This document shows positions 19,504 to 29,880 of a stretch of 50,322 nucleotides of DNA, in pieces. Numbering within the stretch: the stretch's first letter is position 1; each line of letters begins with the position of its first letter. The translations under genes and the position numbers were made by a program. Below the pieces are notes generated by a model. The model did no database searches. It saw only the letters and a program-made list of their open reading frames with translations, and was not told where the DNA came from. Origin of the DNA: Kofleriaceae bacterium (GTDB lineage: Bacteria > Myxococcota_A > Polyangia > Haliangiales > Haliangiaceae); the NCBI GenBank assembly GCA_046597055.1, contig JBKJLC010000218.1, positions 1 to 50,322 of the forward strand, read 5' to 3'.

Positions 19504-22500
19504 GTGCGGCGTCCGCGCGCGATCTTCGAGCTCGCCGCGCTGGCGGTCGCGGTCGTGGTCGCGTGGCTGGCCGGCGGGATCGCGACCGACGCCTGGCTGG
19601 CCCGGGTGGCCCAGCTCGGGCTCGCGGCGCCCGCGGCCGACGTGGTCCGTGGGCTCGGTCAGCGCGCCAACCTGTACTTCACGCTCGCGGTGATCGTTCT
19701 CGGCGGCGCGCGCGCGCTCGCCCACGGCCGCGCCCCGGGGCCGCTGGCCGTGCCGTACCTGGTGCCGGCCGCGGTGTTCGCCAGCCTGCTCGGGCTGATC
19801 ATTCATCACGCGACCGTCGAGGTGGTCGACGGCCGCATCCTGGCGCCGACCGCGGTCGGGTTCGCCGGCGGCTTCTTGCTCGGCGCGGTCGTGGCCGCCG
19901 CGCTGCTGGTGGCGCCGATCGATCTGGGGCGGCTCGCGACCCGGCTGTGCGTGCCGATCGGCCTCTCGATCGCCGCGATCTTCGTCGCGCTCGCGGTCGC
20001 CGGCAGCGGACCCGGCGGCTCGGGCACCCGCATCAACCTGGGCCCGGTGCAGCCGATCGAGGTGGTCAAGCCGCTGGTGGTGCTGTTCCTGGCCGGCTTC
20101 CTTGGCAAGCGCGCGGCCAAGCTGCGCTGGCAGCGCCGTCGCGTGCTCGGGCTGCGCTGGCCGCGCCTCGCGCTGCTGGTGCCGGCGCTGCTCGCGGTGG
20201 TCGGCTGCTTCGCCGGCCTGTTTGTCGTCGGCGACCTCGGGCCGGTGCTGCTCCTGGCCGCGGTGTTCCTCGGCATGTTCTACCTGGTGACCCGCGCGAC
20301 CGGCTGGGCGGTGGCCGCGCTCGCGCTGGTGGCCGCGATGCTGGCCGTGATCGCGGTGTGGCCGGGGTTGGTCGAGACCGGCCGGGTCGCGACCCGCATC
20401 CGCATCTGGCGCGACCCGTGGACCAACGGGCTCACCCACGGCCACCAGGTCGGCGAGGGGCTGTGGTCGATCGCGGCGGGCGGGCCGGCCGGGCAGGGAC
20501 TGGCCCAGGCCCACGTCCCGCTGCCGCCGGCGGGCAAGACCGACCTGATCCTGGCGCCGCTGATCGAGCAACTCGGCGCGGTCGGCGCGCTCGCGTACCT
20601 GGCGCTGCTGACGGTGCTCGTGCTCGGCGGCCTGCGGGTCGCGGCCCGGGGCCGGACCCCGGAGCGCGTGTTGATCGCGGGCGGCGCGTCCTTGCTGCTG
20701 GTCGTGCAGTGGGCGCTGATCCACGCCGGCAGCTTCGGCGTGCTGCCGCTGACCGGCATCGTGGTGCCGTTCCTGTCGTCGGGGCGCACCAGCATGATCG
20801 CGTTCCTGCTGCTGATCGCGATCGTGGTGCGGCTGTCGCAAGACGGGCCGCCGCGCGAGCGCACCGACGAGCTCGACGAGCTGTCCGGCGGGGCTCGCGG
20901 CCTCGCCGGGGTCGCGGTCGTGCTCCTGGGCACCGGCGCCGGGCTGGTGCTGTGGACGACCGTGGTCGCGCGCAGCGAGGTGGCCGCGCGCGGCATCGTC
21001 GCGCGGCTCGCCGACGGGACGCTCGAACACCGGCAGAACCCGCGGCTGCTCGCGATCGCGCGGGCGCTGCGGCGCGGCACGATCGCCGACCGCCACGGCG
21101 CGCCGATCGCGATCACCGAGGGCGAGGTCCGGCGGTACCCGCTGGGGGCCGCGCTCGGCACGCTGGTCGGGATCGCGCCGAGCCGGGTGCTGCGCGCGCC
21201 GTGGGCGCTCGAGCGGTTGCTCGACCCGCGCCTGCGTGGCTACGGCGTGCGCGCGGGCGGGCCGCGTTACCGCGCCTTCGACCCTCGCGGCCCCGATGCG
21301 CCGCTGCCGTGGCCCGATCTGCGCGCGCTCGTGCCGCTGCTGGCGCGGTCGCCGGCGGCGCGCGCGACCGCGGTGCGGGTGCTGGCTGACGACGTCGCGG
21401 CCCGCTCGGTGCGGGTCACGCTGGACGCCGGGCTGCAGCGGGCGATCGCCGCGCTGATCGCGCCGACCCTCACCGCCGGTCGGGGCGCCGCGGTGGCGGT
21501 GGTCGTGATCGAGGTCGACACCGGCGCGGTGCTGGCTCGGGTCCAGGCCCCCGACTACGACCCCGGTGACGGCGACTGGCAAGATCGCGTGCTCGCCGGC
21601 GACGCCGCCTTCACCCGGCGGTTCCACGGCGCGTACGGCGCCTGGCCCGACAAGACCGGCGTCCAGGGCATGTTCCAGGCTGGCTCGGTCGCCAAGCTGT
21701 TCACCGCGCTGGCCGCGGTCCGCCATGGCGCCGTCATCGCGAGCGGCGCCGGCTGTCGCGCGCGTTCGACCACCCGCTACGCGTGCGACCAGCGCGACGC
21801 GCAGGGGCCCATGTTCACCCGGCCGGGCTGGCCCCGGCCGATCCATGATCACGGCCGCGATCCGATCCACGGCCAGATCGAGCTGGCCGGCGCGATCGCG
21901 GTGAGCTGCAACGTCTATTTCGGTCAGCTCGGCCTCGAGCTCGGGCCTGATCCGCTGGTGGCGCTGCGCGCGGCCGGCGTCGACATCGGCTACGCCGGCG
22001 GCGGCTTCGATCCAGGGCCGGCCGGGACCCGCGCGCTCGCGAGCAGCGGGTTCGGCCAGGGGGCGATGGTGATGAGCCCGATGCAGGCCGCGCGGCTGGT
22101 CGCCGCGCTCGCCGCCGGCGGTCGCTACCGGCGCTGTCCGCCGTCGATGGAGCAGGGCGCGCCCTGCGACGAGGTCAGCCTGGTCGACGACCCCGCCGCG
22201 CTCGCGCCGATCCTCGCCGGGATGCGCCTGGTGATGACCGACGGCACCGGCGCGCGCCTGACCGAGCCGAGCGGCCTGCGCGTGTACGGCAAGTCGGGGA
22301 CCGCCGACGTGCGCGGCTTTCGCGGCGAGGCGCCGTTCGGCATCGCGCCGGGGCAGGACGCGCCACCGCACGCGTGGTTCGTTGCGTTCGCCGAGCCCAC
22401 CACCGTGCCGGCGTGTGCGGTGGTGGCGCCGGGCCGGCTCGCGGTCGCGGTGGTGGTCCCGCGCGGTGGCGCCGGCGCCGCCACCGCCGGCCCGATCGCG

Positions 22501-22554
22501 ATGAAGGTGCTCGCGGCCGCGCGCGCGCTCGGCTACCTGGCGGCGGCCGAGTGA
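19504..22554 (+). CDS. Fused SEDS glycosyltransferase (FtsW/RodA/SpoVE)-class B penicillin-binding transpeptidase
   Basis: SEDS motifs VQPIEVVK, DLG, TDLI and PLTGIVVPFLSSG. PBP motifs RGTIADRHG, GSVAK (SxxK), SCN (SxN) and KSGT (KTG). Confidence 0.9.
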   Translation: MRRPRAIFELAALAVAVVVAWLAGGIATDAWLARVAQLGLAAPAADVVRGLGQRANLYFTLAVIVLGGARALAHGRAPGPLAVPYLVPAAVFASLLGLIIHHATVEVVDGRILAPTAVGFAGGFLLGAVVAAALLVAPIDLGRLATRLCVPIGLSIAAIFVALAVAGSGPGGSGTRINLGPVQPIEVVKPLVVLFLAGFLGKRAAKLRWQRRRVLGLRWPRLALLVPALLAVVGCFAGLFVVGDLGPVLLLAAVFLGMFYLVTRATGWAVAALALVAAMLAVIAVWPGLVETGRVATRIRIWRDPWTNGLTHGHQVGEGLWSIAAGGPAGQGLAQAHVPLPPAGKTDLILAPLIEQLGAVGALAYLALLTVLVLGGLRVAARGRTPERVLIAGGASLLLVVQWALIHAGSFGVLPLTGIVVPFLSSGRTSMIAFLLLIAIVVRLSQDGPPRERTDELDELSGGARGLAGVAVVLLGTGAGLVLWTTVVARSEVAARGIVARLADGTLEHRQNPRLLAIARALRRGTIADRHGAPIAITEGEVRRYPLGAALGTLVGIAPSRVLRAPWALERLLDPRLRGYGVRAGGPRYRAFDPRGPDAPLPWPDLRALVPLLARSPAARATAVRVLADDVAARSVRVTLDAGLQRAIAALIAPTLTAGRGAAVAVVVIEVDTGAVLARVQAPDYDPGDGDWQDRVLAGDAAFTRRFHGAYGAWPDKTGVQGMFQAGSVAKLFTALAAVRHGAVIASGAGCRARSTTRYACDQRDAQGPMFTRPGWPRPIHDHGRDPIHGQIELAGAIAVSCNVYFGQLGLELGPDPLVALRAAGVDIGYAGGGFDPGPAGTRALASSGFGQGAMVMSPMQAARLVAALAAGGRYRRCPPSMEQGAPCDEVSLVDDPAALAPILAGMRLVMTDGTGARLTEPSGLRVYGKSGTADVRGFRGEAPFGIAPGQDAPPHAWFVAFAEPTTVPACAVVAPGRLAVAVVVPRGGAGAATAGPIAMKVLAAARALGYLAAAE

Positions 22555-23243
22555 CGCACCGCGAGGAGATCGTCGGCGTGATCCGGACCGGGCCCGGGCC
22601 CCGGCTCCTGCTCGACACCCGGCTGGGCGGCGTGCCGTGCGTGACCGACGTGGTGACGGTGCCGGTGCAGCTCGTGCTCGACGACGTCGTGCGCGACGCG
22701 CTGTGTCTCGGCCGCGGCACGCTCGCGGGGCTGCCGGCGGTGGTCGCGCAAGCGCTGGCCGGCTATCGCGGCGGTCCCGCGCCGCTGCCGATCGCGTCGG
22801 CGGGCGTCGCGCGCTTCCGCGTCGACGGGCTGATCGCGCTCGCCGGCGCGTACGGGCATGCGTACGTGACGGTGCCCGCGGCGGCCGCGGTGGCCGCGGG
22901 CGCGCCGTCCCGACCGCAGGTGACGGCTGCGCCGTCGCACGCGCCGCCGGCGGTGCCGGCCGCGCGAGTCGCGGCTGCGCCGCATGCGCCGGCCGCGGCG
23001 GCCGCGGCTGCCGCGCCGGATGCGACCGTGTTCGTCCCCGACGAGACCATGTTCGTCTCCGACGAGCCGCCGGTGCCGCGCGGGCGCCGACCCGGGCGCG
23101 CGGTCGCGCTGGTCGCCCTGTTCGTCGCGACCGCAACCGCCGCGTTCATCACCGCGCGGACCCTCCGGCACCGGCCCGCGTCCGGACGCTCCGAACCCTC
23201 CCCAGCATCGCCCCCGTCGCGGCCAGCGCCCGGACCCCGCTGA
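22551..23243 (+). CDS. Hypothetical protein with Ala/Pro linker and C-terminal TM helix
   Basis: GTGA overlap with the upstream stop, GC-biased codon usage, and hydrophobic AVALVALFVATATAAFI. Confidence 0.65.
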   Translation: MTHREEIVGVIRTGPGPRLLLDTRLGGVPCVTDVVTVPVQLVLDDVVRDALCLGRGTLAGLPAVVAQALAGYRGGPAPLPIASAGVARFRVDGLIALAGAYGHAYVTVPAAAAVAAGAPSRPQVTAAPSHAPPAVPAARVAAAPHAPAAAAAAAAPDATVFVPDETMFVSDEPPVPRGRRPGRAVALVALFVATATAAFITARTLRHRPASGRSEPSPASPPSRPAPGPR

Positions 23244-23278
23244 GCCAGTCGCCGGCGCGCAGCTGCTATCCTGCACCC

Positions 23279-24844
<1,566 letters not shown>

Positions 24845-24896
24845 TGCCTGGCGTGCGTGCTGCGGGTCCGGGCTGACCCGGGCCACCGGCTGACGC

Positions 24897-25952
24897 TCAC
24901 CCGGCCGCGGCCGGACGTGGGCCGTAGCTGAGCAGCTCGGGCAGGATGCGCTCGATCTCCTGGACCGAGGCCTGCTTGGCGACCTGGTCGCCGATCAGCT
25001 CCTCGATCGAGGCCTTGCTCACGTAGAAGATCGCGCTCGGACAGCAGGCGATCGCGTGGCCCAGCGCGCCGAGCGAGATCCGGGGATCGCCGACGGCGGC
25101 CATCGCGACCGCGGCGAAGTGATTGAGGTAGATCGGCGGGGCTTCGAGCAGCGGATAGTCGCGATAGATCTCGTACGCGGCCCGGACCTTGCCCGCGGCC
25201 TCGAAGAAGCGCCCGATCTCGTGGCGCGCGTGCGGTCCCCGCTCCTGACCGCGGACCAGCTCCTTGAAGCAGCGCCAGGCCAGCGCGGCGACCGGCTCGA
25301 CGTCGACGATGTGACGCGCATGCAAGCACAGGTGCCGGCACCGCGAGATGAGGATCGCGGGGTCGAGGGCGGTGTCGAGGCCGGCGTGGAGCACGGCCTC
25401 GACCTCGCGCGTCATCAGCCGCTCGCGGATCGCGCGCGACACCGGTGCCATCCGCCCGGCGTGGTTGTGGTTGAGGATGATCGCGTTGGCGATGCCGGCC
25501 GAGGTGAGCGGGTACAGCCACTCGAACGCGAGGCCGCCCCAGTAGAAGCCGCAGTGGTTGCGATACAGGCGGCGCTGGGTGACCAGCTCGAGCGAGCCGT
25601 TGGCCAGCTTGTTGAGCTGCGGGAACTCCCAGACGTCGAAATCGCCGGCGGTCATCGCCTGCTCGAGCACGGCCCGGTAGCGGCCGTGCATGAGCTCGTC
25701 CGAGTCCTTCTGCAGGATCCAGTCGCCGGTCGCAACGCCGGCGCCCAGGTTGCGGGCGCGCGCGTAGGTGAAGTCGTCCGCCGCCATCGTCACCACGCGG
25801 GCGCCCGCGGCTTCGGCCACCGCGATGCTGTCGTCGGTCGATCCGGTGTCGACCACGATCACCTCGTCGGCCAGCTCGAGCGAGTTGCGGACCGATTCGC
25901 CGACGATGTGGGCCCGGTTGCGCACCGGGGTGACGATGGACAGCCGGGGCAT
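24897..25952 (-). CDS. Glycosyltransferase family 2 with helical (TPR-like) C-terminus
   Basis: LSIVTPVRN, IVVDTGSTDDS, YARARN and WILQKDSDE (DxD). Confidence 0.85.
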   Translation of the reverse strand: MPRLSIVTPVRNRAHIVGESVRNSLELADEVIVVDTGSTDDSIAVAEAAGARVVTMAADDFTYARARNLGAGVATGDWILQKDSDELMHGRYRAVLEQAMTAGDFDVWEFPQLNKLANGSLELVTQRRLYRNHCGFYWGGLAFEWLYPLTSAGIANAIILNHNHAGRMAPVSRAIRERLMTREVEAVLHAGLDTALDPAILISRCRHLCLHARHIVDVEPVAALAWRCFKELVRGQERGPHARHEIGRFFEAAGKVRAAYEIYRDYPLLEAPPIYLNHFAAVAMAAVGDPRISLGALGHAIACCPSAIFYVSKASIEELIGDQVAKQASVQEIERILPELLSYGPRPAAAG

Positions 25953-25974
25953 GCGGCGATCGCGGCGCGCGCCG

Positions 25975-26706
25975 CTACTTCACGACGACGTGGACGTCGC
26001 CGCTCGACATCGTGGCCCCGGGTGGATCCGACGGGGTCAACGCGATGAGCGAGACCAGGCAGCTCAGGGTGTACTCGCCGGCGACGATCGTGGTCGGCCA
26101 GTCGGCGTCCTTGGGCGGGGCGACCTGCTCGATGGCGAGGTCGTAGGTCAGCGTGGTGCCGGCGTCGATCGTCAGCGCGTCGGTCTTGAGCTGCGCGTCG
26201 AGGTCGGCCACGGCCGCGCCGTCGATCCGGATGCCGCGCACCCGCAGGTAGCTCGAGCGATCGACGAACCGACCCGTCTTGATCCGCGACGGCGGACTGC
26301 GGGTCGCGATCGGCAAGCCACCGCCGTTGGCGAGCTGGTACGTGAGGACGTCGTACGGGTTGTGGAGCGAGATCGCGCCCGCGGAGGCGTTCTTGACGCT
26401 CACCGAGAAGGCCAGGCCCGCGTCGGCGGCTTGCATCGGCTCGACCGCCAGCGTCAGCTCGAGACCGGTCAGGATCGCGGGGACTCGGTCCTCTTGGCCG
26501 AGCGGGGTGAAGGCGAGGGTCTGCATGGTTTCTCCGGGCTCGGGGACCGACACGGTTTCACGGCGGCCAGCGCCCGGCACAGTCTCTGCGTGCCCGGTGA
26601 CCGGCTTGGATCTGGGAGTGTTGCACGCAGCCGCGGCCAGCACCGACAGCACCAGGGCCACCGCACTCTCGCCGTGGTGGGGGCGCCTTGGTTGTCGCCT
26701 GGTCAC
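25975..26706 (-). CDS. Hypothetical lipoprotein, beta-rich domain
   Basis: GTGA overlap with the upstream gene's stop, hydrophobic stretch ending LAAAAC, and FSVSVKN..NPYD. Confidence 0.65.
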   Translation of the reverse strand: MTRRQPRRPHHGESAVALVLSVLAAAACNTPRSKPVTGHAETVPGAGRRETVSVPEPGETMQTLAFTPLGQEDRVPAILTGLELTLAVEPMQAADAGLAFSVSVKNASAGAISLHNPYDVLTYQLANGGGLPIATRSPPSRIKTGRFVDRSSYLRVRGIRIDGAAVADLDAQLKTDALTIDAGTTLTYDLAIEQVAPPKDADWPTTIVAGEYTLSCLVSLIALTPSDPPGATMSSGDVHVVVK

Positions 26707-27977
26707 GGCGGGACTGACTGGTTCGGCTCGACCGACTGGTTCGGCTCGGCCGGCTGGACCGACTGGTTCGGCTCGGCCGCGGCCGGCTGGACCGACTGGT
26801 TCGGCTCGACCGGCTGGACCGACTGGTTCGGCTCGGCCGCGGCCGCGGGCTTCTCCGGGCCCTCGGTCTTCGCCCAGGTGTCGATCTTGGCGATCATCGG
26901 GTCGACGACTCGGTGCTCGGCCGCGGGCGTGAGCACCGCGTGATCGCCGCCGATCAACTGGACATACTTCGCGTCCCAGATATCGCGTAGCGAGGCGACG
27001 GCGTTCGTGTACTCCGGCTTGGCCTTGATCGCCAGGAGCGCGGCGTTCACATCCGTGCCTGCGCACGGTACCGACAGTGGCGTGAACTTGGCCGCCAGGG
27101 TTGCCTGCACCGCGGTCAGCGCCGGCAGGAGCCGGCTCTCGTGCACCGCCTCGTGGTCGTCGACCGCGCGCAGCATGTACCAGGCGCTCGCGCCGCCCGG
27201 ATCGGTCCCGACGTAGTCGTCGGCGATGAAGCGGAGATCGCCCATCTGCTTCTTGTAGTTGGCCGCCGTCGTGTCCACCCCCGGCCCACCGGTCTCCGCC
27301 ACCCCGGCCACCAGGGTGACGATCTTCGAGTAGTTGCCGTGGAAGTCGACGCTGTCGACCACGAAGTTGGTGCCGTCGTTCTTGAGCGTCAGGGTCGGCT
27401 CGACCGTCTCGGTGTCGCACACCCCCCAGCCGTCGTGGATGGCCGTCGCGTTCGGCCCGGCCGGCTGCATCCGGCTGAGCGTCTCCTTCTGCTTGGCGAC
27501 CGCCGCGTCGGCGCTGCCCCCGCCGGGTTCGACCCTCGTCAGCGACGACTTCACCTTGGGCGATCCGCCGCCGCGGGCACGCTTGTTCTTGTCGTCGGGT
27601 TCTTGGCGACCGGCGTCGTCGGCCCCGGGCGCTGGTGAGTCGCCGAGCAGGTGCATGCCAAACGGATCGTCGCCGGTCGAGGCCTCGGCCGCAGCCGTCG
27701 CGCCCGCGGCGGCCTGCGAACTGGGCTCGCGCTCACTGCCGCCGTCGGCTCCGAGCATTGGCGAGTCGCCGAGCAGGTGCATGCCAAACGGATCTTCGCC
27801 GGTCGACGTCTCGGCCGCGGCGCTGGCCCACGCCGTTGACGGCGCGCCCCCGGCGGATGTGGCCTTGCGCTGCACGGGCAACCGCTCGCTCAGGCTGCGT
27901 CGCCCCGGCGACGGCGCCACGGTTCCACCGCTGACGCTTCCTGGCTCGGCTGGCATTTTGATGTAGTCGTTCGACAA
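26703..27977 (-). CDS. Repeat-rich hypothetical protein with HExxH motif (possible metallopeptidase effector)
   Basis: SD GGAGG before TTG, N-terminal PGRRSL..PVQRKA, duplicated DPFGMHLLGDSP, HEAVH, and five C-terminal EPNQSV repeats. Confidence 0.65.
   Translation of the reverse strand: MSNDYIKMPAEPGSVSGGTVAPSPGRRSLSERLPVQRKATSAGGAPSTAWASAAAETSTGEDPFGMHLLGDSPMLGADGGSEREPSSQAAAGATAAAEASTGDDPFGMHLLGDSPAPGADDAGRQEPDDKNKRARGGGSPKVKSSLTRVEPGGGSADAAVAKQKETLSRMQPAGPNATAIHDGWGVCDTETVEPTLTLKNDGTNFVVDSVDFHGNYSKIVTLVAGVAETGGPGVDTTAANYKKQMGDLRFIADDYVGTDPGGASAWYMLRAVDDHEAVHESRLLPALTAVQATLAAKFTPLSVPCAGTDVNAALLAIKAKPEYTNAVASLRDIWDAKYVQLIGGDHAVLTPAAEHRVVDPMIAKIDTWAKTEGPEKPAAAAEPNQSVQPVEPNQSVQPAAAEPNQSVQPAEPNQSVEPNQSVPP
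26716..26835 (-). repeat. Five copies of gactggttcggctcg (coding EPNQS)
   Basis: Copies start at 26716, 26734, 26761, 26794 and 26821. All spacings are multiples of 3. Confidence 0.92.
27637..27818 (-). repeat. 56-bp intragenic direct repeat, 126-bp period
   Basis: gagtcgccgagcaggtgcatgccaaacggatc..ctcggccgc at 27637 and 27763. Confidence 0.9.
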
Positions 27978-28274
27978 GGTTCCCCTCCGTGCAACGTACT
28001 ACGAGATGCGCCGAGGATCGGTTCCCGGCTCGCCCGAACCAGCCGGGTCGGCGCTCCCGTCGAGGGTGCCACCTGGCTAACCCGCGATGTCGCCGTGCGC
28101 TCGAGAGCGGGAGCGGTTGGTAGCCGCCGCGGTCGGGCACACGTCTCGACGGCATGGCGCGCCGCGCATCGTGAGGAGTGGGCCGAGTCCCACGGTCAGG
28201 CCGGGGCCGCGCAGCGAGCCCGCGATCGAAGGGCAGGCCGTCGAAGATCACGTGCTGCACCTTGCGCGTCTGGC

Positions 28275-28381
28275 CTTGGAAAGCCGCGCCTCCGGGTCGT
28301 GGAGTCGCGCGGGTGGGGCGGTGGGCGCGCCTTTCCACAAGGCCCACAGCCGAGCCGACCCCGGACCCTGATCTTGAAAAA
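28275..28381. repeat. 107-bp palindromic dispersed repeat, copy 1 (identical to 50216-50322)
   Basis: Base-by-base identity with the window end. Internal stem tggaaag/ctttcca plus cgcgcc/ggcgcg. Confidence 0.95.
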
Positions 28382-28468
28382 CCTTCCGGATCCAGAGATG
28401 ACGAGGCCGTCCCTGCACGGCATCCCTGCCAGCGCTGGCTGCCGCTGCGGCTGGCTGCCGCTGCGGCC

Positions 28469-28582
28469 GGCTGCGGTTGCGGCTGCGGTTGCGGCTGCGG
28501 TTGCGGCTGCGGTTGCGGTTGCGGCTGCGGCTGCGGCTGCGGCTGCGGCTGCGGTTGCCGTTGCCGTTGCCGTTGCCGTTGC
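28469..28582. repeat. Hexamer microsatellite (GGYTGC)15(CGTTGC)4
   Basis: 19 contiguous 6-bp units in intergenic DNA. Confidence 0.95.
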
Positions 28583-28701
28583 CCCAGCCGCAGCTCCTGC
28601 AGCCGCCCTCGTCGGGGTCGCGGTTCGACGGGTAGCGGGCGAACCGGCGCGACGCAGTGGCCCACGGGGCCGGACGCGCTTGGCGCGCGCTGCCCGTTGG
28701 C

Positions 28702-29880
28702 TCACGCCGGGGCGACGCGCCGGCTGCTGCGCGTGCGGCTCGCGTGCGTGCGCGGGGCCGCCGGTGCGCGCGGCGCGGCCGCTTTGACCACGGGCGTCCG
28801 TGGCTCCGGCGCGGCCCTCGTCGGGGGCTGCGCCGGGGGCCGCGTCGCGGTTCTCGCCGGGGGCTGCGTCGCGGTTCTCGTCGGGGGCTTCGCCGGGGGC
28901 TGTGTCCGCGCCTTGCTCGCGGCCGGCGCCGGGGGCTGCGTCCGCGCCGGCGTCGCGGGCCGGGTCGCCGTAGTGATCGACGCCTTCGCCAGCCGCTTCG
29001 TCGCGGTCGTCCGCGCGGCCCTTGCCGCTGGCGCCTTTGCGCCCTTCGCCGCCCTCGCCAGTGGCGACTTCGCCGCCGCCTTCGCCTTCGCCGCCTTCGC
29101 CGCCGGCGCCGACACCGCCGCGCCCCCGGCCGGCTCGGCGGCCGGCTCGGTCGCCAGATCGATCCCGAACAGCGCGGCGAGGCCGTCATCGGCGAGCACC
29201 CGGGCCGACGCCGGCGCGCCCCGGCCGGTGGGCAGGTCGCGGGCGACCGAGGCGATCAGCGCGTCGGCGGACACCGTTCGTAACGTGAACAGGAGCTCCG
29301 GCGCCGCGTCGAGGCGGGCGCCGACGCCGTACATCACCGCTGCGACGTGCTTGCACATCGAGGCCGCGTCGGGACAGCTGCACGAGAACGTGATCGCGCG
29401 CGGGGCCGGGAACAGCCCGGTCCCGGCCGCGCACAGCCGCGCCATCACCGTCTCCGACAGGTGGCCGGCCAGCAGATCGACCAGCGAGCCGATGCTGCCC
29501 GCGCAGTCGCGCTGGATCGCGGTCCACGCCGACGCCGAGACCTCCTCGATGTCGATCTCCGTCCGGTAGCACTCGGTGCCCATGACCGCCGCCACCACCC
29601 GGCCCGGCCGGATCTGCAGATCGATCACGGCGCCGGTGCGCACGTAGGTCCGGCCCCGCTCCAGCCGGTACGCGAAGTCGCGGTAGCGCTCGAGGTTGTC
29701 GCACCACGCCTTGCCCCAGAACGTCCGCGCGATGGTGCGCCCCGTGATTTCCACCGGCGACATCGGCGTGCCGCGGCGCGCGGCCGCCTTGATCGTCGCC
29801 GCGGCCTCGGCCCGGCGCGCGGCTGCGCTCTTGCGAGGCGGGTAGCCGCCATATCCGTAGTCGTCATAGCCCCAGCTCAT
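28702..29880 (-). CDS. SWIM zinc-finger protein with basic Ala/Lys/Pro-rich tail
   Basis: FWGKAWCDNLE, RLERGRTYVR and CSCPD...CKHVAAV. ATG overlaps the helicase stop (ATGA). Confidence 0.9.
   Translation of the reverse strand: MSWGYDDYGYGGYPPRKSAAARRAEAAATIKAAARRGTPMSPVEITGRTIARTFWGKAWCDNLERYRDFAYRLERGRTYVRTGAVIDLQIRPGRVVAAVMGTECYRTEIDIEEVSASAWTAIQRDCAGSIGSLVDLLAGHLSETVMARLCAAGTGLFPAPRAITFSCSCPDAASMCKHVAAVMYGVGARLDAAPELLFTLRTVSADALIASVARDLPTGRGAPASARVLADDGLAALFGIDLATEPAAEPAGGAAVSAPAAKAAKAKAAAKSPLARAAKGAKAPAARAARTTATKRLAKASITTATRPATPARTQPPAPAASKARTQPPAKPPTRTATQPPARTATRPPAQPPTRAAPEPRTPVVKAAAPRAPAAPRTHASRTRSSRRVAPA

Noticed and set aside
26716..26835. CRISPR-like array of gactggttcggctcg
   Set aside because: Repeats are 15 bp, the spacers are 3-18 bp, self-similar and in frame within a CDS, and there are no cas genes.
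27733..28787. ORFs with (QP)n, (GC)n or (A/V)n tracts
   Set aside because: They are translations of the microsatellite and dispersed repeat, with no other coding evidence.
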